64,000 nucleotides of DNA from NCBI GenBank assembly GCA_016177615.1, contig JACOUX010000006.1, positions 30,131 through 94,130 on the forward strand, written 5' to 3'. The DNA comes from Candidatus Woesearchaeota archaeon (GTDB lineage: Archaea > Nanobdellota > Nanobdellia > Woesearchaeales > GW2011-AR4). Made by a program: the position numbers and the translations under genes. Below the pieces are notes generated by a model. The model did no database searches and was not told where the DNA came from. It saw only the letters and a list, made by a program, of their open reading frames with translations. Of the stretch, positions 44,409-54,621 are shown in pieces (the first letter of the stretch is position 1; the number at the start of each line of letters is the position of its first letter).

Positions 44409-45299
44409 TCAAGTTATATTTAAATGTTTTTGTTTTATGGGCGTTTCGCTGCGGTTTGCCCTTATTTTCAGTAGATTCTCCATTTCTCCCTTACTATAGC
44501 ATTTTTCCCTTAATCCACACTTCCTGCACTTGTTTTTGTTATTGCAAAAATCAGGCAGTTCTTTGCTCTCCAACAAATCAATTACCTCATTAACCAGTTG
44601 TATTACTTCCTCTTTCATATAGGGATTTATGGCTATGTGCCTTTTTTCCTTTGTATCAAGATAAACCACGAATCCTTCCTTTATATCTTTGTTAAATCTC
44701 TCCTGAAGAAGCATTGAATAAGCAGCTATCTGTACCCTGTGGGATGGCCAGATGCCATCAAAAGGCATTTTGCCTGTTTTCAGCTCAAATGGCACGTAAT
44801 CGTTGTCATAAACATGCACTTGGTCAATTATTCCCTTTAATCTAAGCTCATCAGATTCCACCCTTAATTCCGAGATTATTTTTGGAGTCAGCCTTTCCCA
44901 CAGCACCTCACCGAAAACATTGTTTTGCTCGATGAAATTGAATATGTTAAGGGCTCTTGTAGAGGACTCCTCCAAAATGAAAGGAAATGATTTTTTGTAT
45001 GCATCAAGCATGTTTATATTAACTTCTTTCAATCTTAGCTTGTTGTTGACTATGACCTTTCGTAAGATTTTAAGATATTCTTTCTTATAGAGCTCTTGTA
45101 CCTCCCCCAAAGGAATCTTTTTCTCAATTGAGGAAACAATCAGCTCTTCTTTTTTGTTTATATAATCATAGGCCTCGTGCCTTATGGTGCCCATTACAAG
45201 GCTTTCTTTTGGAGGCTCTTCAAGCTTCAAAACCTTCTCAAGAAAGAGCTTTCTGGAGCAGTAAAGATAGCTTGAAAGAAGGGTAACAGAGATTTTCAT
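44409..45299 (-). CDS. Cas4-like / RecB-family PD-(D/E)xK exonuclease with 4Fe-4S cluster (stand-alone, no CRISPR locus)
   Basis: N-terminal Cys (YLYCSRKLFL) plus C-terminal CNNKNKCRKCGLREKC Cys triad; central nuclease motifs (DQVHVYD...FELKTGK). Confidence 0.6.
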   Translation of the reverse strand: MKISVTLLSSYLYCSRKLFLEKVLKLEEPPKESLVMGTIRHEAYDYINKKEELIVSSIEKKIPLGEVQELYKKEYLKILRKVIVNNKLRLKEVNINMLDAYKKSFPFILEESSTRALNIFNFIEQNNVFGEVLWERLTPKIISELRVESDELRLKGIIDQVHVYDNDYVPFELKTGKMPFDGIWPSHRVQIAAYSMLLQERFNKDIKEGFVVYLDTKEKRHIAINPYMKEEVIQLVNEVIDLLESKELPDFCNNKNKCRKCGLREKCYSKGEMENLLKIRANRSETPIKQKHLNIT

Positions 45300-45401
45300 C
45301 TTGTTTTCATGGCAGAATTGCTTTAAATATTTTACGTGGGCATGTCCAGTGGTCTGCGTACATAGAAAACTATTTTAATGACCTTTTAAATAACATAATT
45401 T

Positions 45402-45662
45402 ATGAAAGAAGGAGCATATATAGGTGCTTTTGCAGCTTTTCTGGTCTATCTAATGCTGCCTATCTATGGCGAAAACGGAGAGCCAGCCACTATTATGCCA
45501 ACAGGCCATGCAATATCGAGCCCTGCTGCTTTTAATGGTTATGTATCCAATCTCCCTTTCAGCATGATAGTGTTCTTTGGTTTAGAGGTGTTGGGCATAT
45601 CTGCAGGAATAGCCTCTCAGATGGCTTTGAGGAAATACGGCAATACGAATAACAATCAATGA
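45402..45662 (+). CDS. Small hypothetical membrane protein
   Basis: Two hydrophobic helices; ORF only. Confidence 0.3.
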   Translation: MKEGAYIGAFAAFLVYLMLPIYGENGEPATIMPTGHAISSPAAFNGYVSNLPFSMIVFFGLEVLGISAGIASQMALRKYGNTNNNQ

Positions 45663-45729
45663 AAAAATTATTTTTTTTCTTTCCAAATCCAACAACCTTT
45701 AAATACAAATAATAAAACTTGTTCTTGAT

Positions 45730-46803
45730 ATGGACTTTGAGGCAAGATTAGAGCTTGTAAAGCAGGTTGGAGAGGAAATTCTTACAGAAGAGGAGCTTAA
45801 GCATCTTCTGCAGACAGAAGATCATCCAGTTGCCTATGACGGATTTGAGCCTTCAGGCACCGATATACATATTGCTCAGGGAATTCTAAGATCCATAAAC
45901 ATCAACAAGATGGTCAAGGCTGGTATCAAGTTCAAGATGCTTGTTGCAGACTGGCATGCGTGGGCAAACAACAAGATGTCCGGCGATTTGGAAAAGATAC
46001 AATCAGTCGGCAAATATATGATTGAGGTATGGAAGCATTGCGGAATGGACTTAAAAAACGTGGAATTCATATGGGCCAATGATTTTGTCAAAGAGCCAGA
46101 GTACTGGAAGAAGGTTATGCAGGTTGCAAGGCATTCCACTGTTAACAGGATAGTCAGGACAGGCCAGATAATGGGCAGGAAAGAGGCAGAAGTCCAGCAG
46201 GCTTCGCAGATTCTTTATCCTTGCATGCAGTGCGCTGACATCTTCCAGCTTAAAGCTGATATAACCCAGCTAGGAATGGACCAGAGAAAAGTCAATGTTT
46301 TGGCTAGGGAGCTGGGCCCCTCATTGGGCTTCTGGAAGCCTGTTGTAGTTTCTCATCATATGCTTATGGGCCTTGGAGAGCCTCCAAAGACAAAAGACAT
46401 TGACAGGGTTATTGACTTGAAAATGTCAAAATCAAAGCCGGACACGGCAATCTTTATGAATGATTCTGAAGAAGAGATTAAAAGAAAAATATCTAAGGCT
46501 TACTGCCCTGTTAAAGTTATTGAGGAAAATCCAATTTTGGAATACTGCAAATACCTGGTCTTTGAAAAATTCAATGCCATGGAATTCAAACGGCCTGAAA
46601 AGTTTGGCGGAGACTTAGTTGTGGGAAATTATAAAGAATTGGAAAAGCTGTACTCAGAAGGAAAAATACACCCGATGGATTTGAAAAATGCAGCGGTTTT
46701 TTACATCAACGAGATGGTGAATCCTGTAAGAGGGGCATTTGAAAAAGATAGTAAACTGAAAAAATTGCTGCATACCATAAGAGAGTATGAAGTAACTAGA
46801 TAA
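45730..46803 (+). CDS. tyrS: Tyrosyl-tRNA synthetase (archaeal type)
   Basis: KMSKS motif (KMSKSKP); class I Rossmann N-terminus. Confidence 0.85.
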   Translation: MDFEARLELVKQVGEEILTEEELKHLLQTEDHPVAYDGFEPSGTDIHIAQGILRSININKMVKAGIKFKMLVADWHAWANNKMSGDLEKIQSVGKYMIEVWKHCGMDLKNVEFIWANDFVKEPEYWKKVMQVARHSTVNRIVRTGQIMGRKEAEVQQASQILYPCMQCADIFQLKADITQLGMDQRKVNVLARELGPSLGFWKPVVVSHHMLMGLGEPPKTKDIDRVIDLKMSKSKPDTAIFMNDSEEEIKRKISKAYCPVKVIEENPILEYCKYLVFEKFNAMEFKRPEKFGGDLVVGNYKELEKLYSEGKIHPMDLKNAAVFYINEMVNPVRGAFEKDSKLKKLLHTIREYEVTR

Positions 46804-46841
46804 TCTTGTCACAAAATAGAATTAAAGATATCAAATGATTT

Positions 46842-47108
46842 TTAATGAACCGATATATCCGCTAGTTTTTTCCGTTCTGGTGGTTTATTAGAAAATACAA
46901 CATAAAGACTGTAACCGGTACTTTCGCTTCCTTCAATAACCGCTATTCCAGGTATAGGCGATATTAATCTTGCTATTAAATGGTTTAGAGATTTATATTG
47001 TCCTTCAACAAGTCCGTAATACGTTCTATCCAGCCCCGTACTCGAGTCAAACCTAGCTTCTAAAGGTGCTCCTTCTGGAATATCTAACGCTTCGTTATGC
47101 ACAATCAT
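46842..47108 (-). CDS. Hypothetical protein (88 aa)
   Basis: ORF only; co-oriented with the GalT-like gene. Confidence 0.3.
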   Translation of the reverse strand: MIVHNEALDIPEGAPLEARFDSSTGLDRTYYGLVEGQYKSLNHLIARLISPIPGIAVIEGSESTGYSLYVVFSNKPPERKKLADISVH

Positions 47109-47190
47109 TTTATAAGATATTTTTAATATGTATTTAAATCTATCTTAAGCCCTTCTGGAAACTATAAAGAAGTTTGAAGTGACTAGGTAG

Positions 47191-48339
47191 TTATTTCTTA
47201 GGTCTATTTTGTTCAATTTTAGCAGCAATATCTTCTGGCGCATGTTTAAGAACTGGAATACCTAAAAAGTGTGACATAATTCCACTGCGCCTTTCAGTTT
47301 CTAATTCAGGCGAAGCGGGATATATGCTAAATTTCCAATGATACAATCTTGAATCTCTCCTGGATTTCCAAGGGGCTTGTACCAATTCATAATTATATCC
47401 GCAATCAGGATATGTATTGCCTAGTGCAATCATGGTTCTATGCAACATATCTGCAAACGATGAAGCTTGTTCATCGGTTATTTCATCAAACAGGCTTTGA
47501 TGGTTTATTGGAACAATCTTAATCTCTGAATGATACGGGGGCATATCTGGATCTCGCACATAATAGCTTATATGAGTACCATCATTTTCTCTTGCTAGAG
47601 GCAAATCTCTTAGTTCAATACATCCTTTGCACCCCATTAATATCTTTCCTAAATTGTCAGTTTTTAATATTTTCTCATATTTTTCGGATGGAAGATCATA
47701 CTCCTCTATACGTTTTGGAGTTTTGTCAAGTGCAATTCCCTGGGAATGTAAATGTGGTTGTGAATCGCCTGCATCTTTCTTCATGCCATCTTTGTACCCG
47801 CCATTTCTATTTTTTATTACACCGCCAAATTCATACATACCATACCCTTCACTTCTTAATGCTCGCAGCATTTGAATCCACCCCCATACAATGTTGTGGT
47901 AGTAATTTCTAGTCATTGGGGAATCTTCAAATGTATCAAGATAGTGATTTGGTGTTTCAATCATAACCAAATGTCTTCCTCTTGCCAATCTTCTATTGGA
48001 AAAAATACTAAGTTGATTAAGATAAGTCATATCAATTCCTTTTGTGATTTCTGGAGGCACTACTGTTGGAAATTTGTTGTCAATAACGTACAAACCCCGG
48101 TCTTCCATCATAGCCAGCCTGGCGCCACCAAAATATACTTCCCCTAATTTATGCCGAGCATCAGGACAGAAAACACATACTTCGTCAAGCGTTTTATCTT
48201 TTGCCGGCTCTGGCTTAGCAAGCCTAGTATAAGGAACTATAGCCTGTTTTCCACTAGAACCTGTTCTAATTTCTGAGGCACCACGTAATAAATTAAAGTC
48301 AATAGTGTGCTTATCGCCATCTGCCAAGATTCTCACCAA
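47191..48339 (-). CDS. GalT-family (HIT superfamily) nucleotidyltransferase
   Basis: Zn site CVFCPD; HIT-like motif SQPHLHSQG (compare GalT SNPHPHGQ); two half-barrel repeats. Confidence 0.55.
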   Translation of the reverse strand: MVRILADGDKHTIDFNLLRGASEIRTGSSGKQAIVPYTRLAKPEPAKDKTLDEVCVFCPDARHKLGEVYFGGARLAMMEDRGLYVIDNKFPTVVPPEITKGIDMTYLNQLSIFSNRRLARGRHLVMIETPNHYLDTFEDSPMTRNYYHNIVWGWIQMLRALRSEGYGMYEFGGVIKNRNGGYKDGMKKDAGDSQPHLHSQGIALDKTPKRIEEYDLPSEKYEKILKTDNLGKILMGCKGCIELRDLPLARENDGTHISYYVRDPDMPPYHSEIKIVPINHQSLFDEITDEQASSFADMLHRTMIALGNTYPDCGYNYELVQAPWKSRRDSRLYHWKFSIYPASPELETERRSGIMSHFLGIPVLKHAPEDIAAKIEQNRPKK

Positions 48340-48422
48340 ATTACTCTAATAAACTAGTGCTTATAAATCTTTCCATATAGTTATAACTTAAAAGTAGTTA
48401 AAATTTATCCTAAGAAATCTAA

Positions 48423-49631
48423 TCATTCCTGCTCAATCACAATCATCGTGTAATTGGCATTAAGGTATTTCTTTGCGACCATTTTAACATCTTCTATGGA
48501 AACTTTTTTTACATTTTTTAGATAAGATTCTGCCAATCTTGAATCTTTTATTGACTCCCAGACTGCAAGATTGTCTGCATGGTGGAAATTATCTTCCATC
48601 TGCAAAGTGTGGTTTCCTTCAATGTAAGTCTTGGCTTCATCCAGCTCAGTATCACTTAAGTTTTCCAGCTTCCTAAGCTGCTCTAGGATTATTTCTTTTG
48701 CCTTTTCGATATTCTTTTTATCTAATCCAGTATAAACCGCAAACATCCCGTAATCAGATTCATGCTCAGTGTTCACGCCAACCTGGTATGCAAGGCCCCT
48801 TTTGTTCCTTATCTCGTTGAACATCCATCCTGACTGGCCCCTTCCAAGCACTGCTGAAATTACATCAAGAACATAGCTATCAGCATGAGTCCTTGAAACA
48901 GTTTTGTACCCAAGAACCATGTATGAATTCAAAGTTTTCTTTTTCTCAATGAAATTTTTTATTTTATTCTGCAATGGCTCATTTATAGCAGGCCTTCTCA
49001 AAAGTTTTCCCGGCTTAAGCTTTCCAAAGTATTTTTCTATCTTTTCCTTTACGTTATCAACATTCCCGATAACTAAAATTATCATGTTATTCGGAACATA
49101 ATGGCTGAAATAATATCTTGAAACATGGTTTCTGTCAAAGCTTTTTACAGTTTTCACTGTCCCATAAGTCGGATTTTTAGCAGGGTGCTCTTCGAAAAGA
49201 TTTTTCTGGAAAAGAATCCATTGATGAAGCCTAGGATCATCTGTTACCATGTTTATCTCCTTCAGAACAACCTGCTTCTCTTTCTCAAGAATTTTTGAGT
49301 CAAAAACAGGATTTGCAGCCATGTCTGAAAGAATATCCAGCGCAATATCAAGCCTCTTGCTTATTATCTTGATGAAGAACGCGGTCCTGTCGCCTGTTGT
49401 GTAAGCATTGAATTCTCCGCCGTATTTTTCAATCTCGTTTGCTATTTCTCTTGAGTCTTTTCTTTTTTTTGTGCCTTCAAAAAGCATATGCTCAAGAAAG
49501 TGGGAAATGCCGGCCATTTCTTTGCTTTCAAAATTGGAGCCGACCTTGTACATGACTTCAACTGCAACAGACTTAGAAGAAGTTTTCTCGAAAATAAGGG
49601 TAATTCCATTTTTTAGCTTCTGCTTAATCAT
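48423..49631 (-). CDS. M16 family zinc peptidase (pitrilysin-like)
   Basis: Inverted zincin motif HFLEHMLFEGT. Confidence 0.8.
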   Translation of the reverse strand: MIKQKLKNGITLIFEKTSSKSVAVEVMYKVGSNFESKEMAGISHFLEHMLFEGTKKRKDSREIANEIEKYGGEFNAYTTGDRTAFFIKIISKRLDIALDILSDMAANPVFDSKILEKEKQVVLKEINMVTDDPRLHQWILFQKNLFEEHPAKNPTYGTVKTVKSFDRNHVSRYYFSHYVPNNMIILVIGNVDNVKEKIEKYFGKLKPGKLLRRPAINEPLQNKIKNFIEKKKTLNSYMVLGYKTVSRTHADSYVLDVISAVLGRGQSGWMFNEIRNKRGLAYQVGVNTEHESDYGMFAVYTGLDKKNIEKAKEIILEQLRKLENLSDTELDEAKTYIEGNHTLQMEDNFHHADNLAVWESIKDSRLAESYLKNVKKVSIEDVKMVAKKYLNANYTMIVIEQE

Positions 49632-49676
49632 CCAAATAGGAAAACTTTAAAACATATATAAGTTTATGGATTTTAT

Positions 49677-50747
49677 ATGAAGTTAAACGAATTCCAGAAT
49701 ATATTGGAAAAAAAGAACTGCGATTTTGCAGTGTTCTATACTGCCGATTCTTCAAGAATAAATCCAAACCTGTTTTATTTTACCGGCTACAGCGGAATAG
49801 GAATTTTGGTCGTTCCGAAAAAACATAGGCCTTTTCTAATTGCGCCGCAGATGGAATTTCAAAGAGCCAAGAAATCTTCAATCAAAAAAGTTTATTCCAT
49901 GGAGAAGAAAAGATTTTTTGAATCAGCCCATTCCATAATAAAGAAAAATAGCATTAAAACTAAAAACATTGCTATTGACAAGAATAATTTTACTTTAAAT
50001 TCTTACAAGCATTTCAAAAGGCAATTCAAAAAATCAAAAACAAAAGATATTGCTTTAGAATGCCTGAAATTAAGGGGGAGAAAAACAGAAAAGGAAGTAC
50101 AAATCTTAAGGAAGTCATGCAATTATGCTGACAATATTCTTCAAAAAACGATTAAAAACTTCGAATCATTCAAAACTGAATCAGAAGTTTCTGCATTTCT
50201 GGAATACGAGACGAAAAAATTAGGTTTAGAACTCTCCTTTAATCCAATAATAGCATCAGGAAGCAACGGAAGCATGCCCCATTACGAGCCAAAAAATATC
50301 AAGATAAAAAATGGATTTTGCGTTATTGATTTTGGGGTAAAATATAAGGGATATTGCTCTGACATAACGAGGACAATTTATATTGGAAAGCCGAGCCAAA
50401 AAGAAAGAGGAATTTATAATTTATTATTGGGAATTCAGGAAGATTCAATTAAAATGGTAAAAAATAACATCAAATGCTCCGGGATTTATGATTTTGTATG
50501 CAATAAGCTGGGAAAATATAAAAATAATTTTACTCACGGGCTTGGGCACGGAGTGGGTATTGAAATCCACGAAATGCCAAACCTTACCTTAAATTCAACA
50601 GACAGGATAAAAGACAATATGGTTTTTACTATTGAGCCGGGAGTTTATTTTCCTAATAAGTTCGGGATAAGGATCGAGGATACTATTTTGTTTAAGGGGA
50701 GAGTTAAAGTTTTGACCAGAACATCAAAACATTTATTAATCGTTTAG
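49677..50747 (+). CDS. M24 family Xaa-Pro aminopeptidase / prolidase
   Basis: HGLGHGVGIEIHE and ITRTIYIG motifs of the pita-bread fold. Confidence 0.8.
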   Translation: MKLNEFQNILEKKNCDFAVFYTADSSRINPNLFYFTGYSGIGILVVPKKHRPFLIAPQMEFQRAKKSSIKKVYSMEKKRFFESAHSIIKKNSIKTKNIAIDKNNFTLNSYKHFKRQFKKSKTKDIALECLKLRGRKTEKEVQILRKSCNYADNILQKTIKNFESFKTESEVSAFLEYETKKLGLELSFNPIIASGSNGSMPHYEPKNIKIKNGFCVIDFGVKYKGYCSDITRTIYIGKPSQKERGIYNLLLGIQEDSIKMVKNNIKCSGIYDFVCNKLGKYKNNFTHGLGHGVGIEIHEMPNLTLNSTDRIKDNMVFTIEPGVYFPNKFGIRIEDTILFKGRVKVLTRTSKHLLIV

Positions 50748-50834
50748 TCTTGCCTTTTCTGATGAAATACAACGAGAGCGCCTTTAATTCTGCATAAAAA
50801 TGCCTTCTACTCTATTGCTCCTTTATCAAGAGCT

Positions 50835-52463
50835 TTGCATGATCTTGAAGCCGATGTAAGCTGCATTGGAATTAACGGGAAATCAGAAGCTCTTGATGCG
50901 GTAAAAGATGTCTGGAATGTTTCTGAAGAGCTTGAAAATGGAATCAGCAATGAGAAAACTTCTGCTCTGAAAGAATTCATAGAAGAAGTCGACAAAAAAG
51001 CAAAAGGTGAATTCAAAAAAATATTCAAAAAGCCGGATTTTATTCTTGAAGCAAAGAACGGAAAATTCAAAGGAAATTTAGAGCTGCCATTCCATTCAGA
51101 ATGGTTCAATGATTACAGGATGGATGAATTAATGCAGACTTCTAATATCCTATGGAGAGATGTTTATTCTTTAAAAAAAGGTGAGAAAGTCGGAATTGGA
51201 TTTTCTCTCATACCAACTTCTGAGCTAATAGGGCATCCTTTGGAAGACTATCTAGATTCATATTCCATAATCTGGGCAATGACGCAAAGCGCATCAAAAA
51301 TAGCAGAGCCTACAATGAGCGGCTATACTTTCAGGAGGTCTATGCTTGAAAGCAGCGAAAAGGTTTCTGAACTAAGGTCAACATTGTTGGGATGTGAATT
51401 AGACAAGGAAATAGATGAAGAGCCTTTTATTAAATACAAAAAACTTTCAAAATTATTAGGCTTAGACAGAATAAAACCAATCGATTTGTCTTTTTCAATA
51501 AGCGCAAAAGGATACCCCGGAAAACATTTGTTTGGAGAAATAATCGGATATCCGTCATCAAATAAAAAAACAAGATGGCAGACACCTGGGCAGATAGTCT
51601 ACAAGCTTGATTTCTACCCGCAGACAAAGTATGAGCCAAGAGACCCGATTGCGAGGGTTGCTTTTACTGAAACAATCCCAATAGACATCTTCATAGAAAC
51701 AAACCTTGTCGACTGGAAAGACATAAGGGAAAGAAACCAAAAGATAAAGGACAAGATGGATAGGTGCGATGTCATTTACGTTGAAGGAAAACTGAAAGAG
51801 AGGCATGTAACTAAACTTGAAGTTGGGTTAGTGAAAGAAAACGGCACAAGAAGATGGGTCAGAAGGTCAGATACTGATGTAAGGGAGAAGATAAACAAGA
51901 CTTATTTTGAGATGACAGGAATAAGAGCAGGAAACATGGGAAATATACCTGGAGGAGAGGCTTTCACAACGCCGGAATACATTAAAGGAGTTTTTGTCGG
52001 GGATGTTGTTGTTCACGTCGACCAGAGCTATCCTTTGGATGAAAAAAATCCTCTTGTTATAGGATGCTATGGCGACAGCTACAAAATAATAGATGGCCCA
52101 AAGGAGATTATCACAAAAATAAACGAGAGGAAAGCGGAAGCAATGAAGCTGTTGCTCGAGGCTGAGAAAAATAATAGCCTTCCGCACGAAATAATTGATT
52201 TGAAAAAAAAGAATTTTGAGAGGGTTGGCGAGTTTGCAATCAACACAAACCCGAAGGCCAGGCTATGTGAATACCTTATTGTAAACGAGAAGATAGCAAA
52301 GATGATGCACATTGCCTTGGGCTCCGGATTCGAGCCTGACCGGAGCACAGAATACCACATGGACATCGTCTTCAATGCACCAAGGCAGAAGCTTGATGTT
52401 TTTGGAAAGGACAAGAATGGAAATATTCATTGGATTTTAAAGGAAGGGGAGTTTGTAGCTTAA
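50835..52463 (+). CDS. M29-family aminopeptidase (AmpS/aminopeptidase T-like), long form
   Basis: C-terminal HIALGSG...H motif; N-terminal extension; start uncertain. Confidence 0.5.
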   Translation: MHDLEADVSCIGINGKSEALDAVKDVWNVSEELENGISNEKTSALKEFIEEVDKKAKGEFKKIFKKPDFILEAKNGKFKGNLELPFHSEWFNDYRMDELMQTSNILWRDVYSLKKGEKVGIGFSLIPTSELIGHPLEDYLDSYSIIWAMTQSASKIAEPTMSGYTFRRSMLESSEKVSELRSTLLGCELDKEIDEEPFIKYKKLSKLLGLDRIKPIDLSFSISAKGYPGKHLFGEIIGYPSSNKKTRWQTPGQIVYKLDFYPQTKYEPRDPIARVAFTETIPIDIFIETNLVDWKDIRERNQKIKDKMDRCDVIYVEGKLKERHVTKLEVGLVKENGTRRWVRRSDTDVREKINKTYFEMTGIRAGNMGNIPGGEAFTTPEYIKGVFVGDVVVHVDQSYPLDEKNPLVIGCYGDSYKIIDGPKEIITKINERKAEAMKLLLEAEKNNSLPHEIIDLKKKNFERVGEFAINTNPKARLCEYLIVNEKIAKMMHIALGSGFEPDRSTEYHMDIVFNAPRQKLDVFGKDKNGNIHWILKEGEFVA

Positions 52464-52464
52464 A

Positions 52465-53433
52465 ATGCTGGAAAAACCCTCCAACACGATTCTTAGAAAT
52501 TGCATGGCTCTCAAAAAGAATGAAAGCTGCTTGATAATAACAGACTCTAAATTAAGCAGAATAGGGCATTCATTATACAAAAACTCATTAAAAATTACAA
52601 AAAAATCAAAAATAATCCTTATTCCAATTCCAGAAGCCCACGGCAGCGAGCCTCCTTCTGGTATTGCAAAAGAAATGCTGAGATATGACGTTATTTTGAT
52701 GCCAACCACGAAATCACTGAGCCATACAACTGCAAGGAAAACTGCTTCAGTGAAAGGGGCAAGAATAGCTAGCATGCCTGGCATCACAATGAGCATGATG
52801 AAAAGGACATTAAATGTTGATTTCAATAAAATTAAGTCCATCAACGAAAAACTCATTAACAAATTAAACAATAAAAATAAAATAAGAATCACCACAAAAA
52901 AAGGGACTGATGTTTTATTTCAGCTTAAAGGGAGAAAATGGATTTCTGATGATGGTATTTACACAAAAAAGGGAGCTTTTGGCAACCTTCCTGCAGGAGA
53001 AGTGTTTATAGCGCCTCTTGAAAACAAGGCAAATGGGATAATTGTCGCTGATGCGAGCGTAGGAGGATTAGGCAAAGTTGATGAAAATATCATTGTAAAA
53101 ATCAAAAATGGGTTTATTCAGTCCATCACAGGAGGAAATGTTGCTGCCGAATTCAAAAAATTATTGAAAAATAGGCTTTACAGAAATGTTGCAGAGCTTG
53201 GAATAGGGACAAATTACAAGGCAAAAATAACCGGAGAAGTCCTGGAAGACGAGAAAGTCTCAGGCACTTTCCATGTGGCTTTCGGCAACAATATGCACTT
53301 TGGCGGAAAAGTTGATGTTCCTTTCCATGTTGACTTTGTTGTTAAGAATCCGATGATTTATGCTGATGGAGAAATCATAAAGAAGGAAAAATATCCTAAA
53401 CCCAAAGACTTTTATATTACTTTATTGTCCTAG
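52465..53433 (+). CDS. M29-family aminopeptidase, short form
   Basis: FHVAFGNNMHFGG...FHVDFV motifs; abuts the preceding gene. Confidence 0.55.
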   Translation: MLEKPSNTILRNCMALKKNESCLIITDSKLSRIGHSLYKNSLKITKKSKIILIPIPEAHGSEPPSGIAKEMLRYDVILMPTTKSLSHTTARKTASVKGARIASMPGITMSMMKRTLNVDFNKIKSINEKLINKLNNKNKIRITTKKGTDVLFQLKGRKWISDDGIYTKKGAFGNLPAGEVFIAPLENKANGIIVADASVGGLGKVDENIIVKIKNGFIQSITGGNVAAEFKKLLKNRLYRNVAELGIGTNYKAKITGEVLEDEKVSGTFHVAFGNNMHFGGKVDVPFHVDFVVKNPMIYADGEIIKKEKYPKPKDFYITLLS

Positions 53434-53438
53434 GAAAA

Positions 53439-54587
53439 ATGGCTATCCAGGAAGAAAAGACAAAAAATATAATTGACAGCGTGATGTACAGCTACTCCAC
53501 TGCCGCAAACATACATGAGGAGGAAAACAGGATTCTTAGGGAGACTGTATCAAGGCTGAGGGAAGAGGTTGAAAGGTTTAAAGCAACTCCTTTGATGGTT
53601 TGCGAAGTGAGAGACCTAATAGGCAAAAATGCCATAATAAAAATCCCGAATGGCAACCAGTTTCTTGTTAACATCTCCAATGAATGTGAGAAGCTGAGAT
53701 CAGGAGACCTTATCCTTGTCGAGCAGAAAAACCTCACTATAATAAAAAAAGTCCCGATAGCAAGGCGCTTTAATGTTGAAAAGTTTGTCATAGTTGAAAA
53801 GCCCAAGGTTTCGTGGGAAGAAATAGGTGGGTTAAATCATCAAGTCCGGGAAATAAAGGAAGTCGTGGAGCTTCCGCTGAAAAATCCTGAGCTGTTCAAG
53901 AAAATCGGAATTTCTCCTCCAAAAGGCATATTGCTTTATGGAGAGCCGGGAACCGGAAAAACACTTTTGGCAAAGGCCGTTGCAGCATCCACAAACTCCA
54001 CTTTCATCGAGGTTGTAGGCTCCGAGCTGGTGCAGAAATTCATAGGCGAAGGCGCAAAGCTGGTAAAGGAAATCTTTGAGCTGGCGAGGAGAAAATCACC
54101 TTCTGTAGTGTTTATTGACGAGCTGGACGCATTGGCCGCAAAAAGAATGGAAGTCGGCACTTCAGGAGAAAGGGAAGTAAACAGGACCTTCATGCAGCTG
54201 CTGGCCGAAATTGACGGCTTCAAGCCATTGGACAATGTAAAGATAATAGGCGCGACAAACAGGAAAGACATACTGGATCCTGCAATAATAAGGCCGGGAA
54301 GGCTCGACAGGCTTATTGAAATTCCGATTCCAACAAAAGAAGCCAGGATTGAGATATTCAAAATCCACACAAAAAGCATGAGCCTTGATAAAAGCGTTGA
54401 CATAGCGCACATCAATGGGGAAACAGAAGGATTAAGCGGGGCAGAGATAAGGGCGATATGTACAGAAGCAGGATATTTTGCAATCAGGGATAACAGGACT
54501 CAAGTTACAAAATCAGATTTTCTGAAAGGAATTGAAAGGGTCAGGCAGGAAGAGAAAGATAGCGATTACAAGGGGATTTTTGGGTAG
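53439..54587 (+). CDS. pan: Proteasome-activating nucleotidase (PAN, AAA+ ATPase)
   Basis: N-terminal coiled coil, OB domain, Walker A GEPGTGKT, Walker B VVFIDELD, C-terminal hydrophobic-Tyr-X-like tail. Confidence 0.85.
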   Translation: MAIQEEKTKNIIDSVMYSYSTAANIHEEENRILRETVSRLREEVERFKATPLMVCEVRDLIGKNAIIKIPNGNQFLVNISNECEKLRSGDLILVEQKNLTIIKKVPIARRFNVEKFVIVEKPKVSWEEIGGLNHQVREIKEVVELPLKNPELFKKIGISPPKGILLYGEPGTGKTLLAKAVAASTNSTFIEVVGSELVQKFIGEGAKLVKEIFELARRKSPSVVFIDELDALAAKRMEVGTSGEREVNRTFMQLLAEIDGFKPLDNVKIIGATNRKDILDPAIIRPGRLDRLIEIPIPTKEARIEIFKIHTKSMSLDKSVDIAHINGETEGLSGAEIRAICTEAGYFAIRDNRTQVTKSDFLKGIERVRQEEKDSDYKGIFG

Positions 54588-54621
54588 AAAGCCTTAAAAA
54601 CAAATGTTCATTCTGGCTGAT

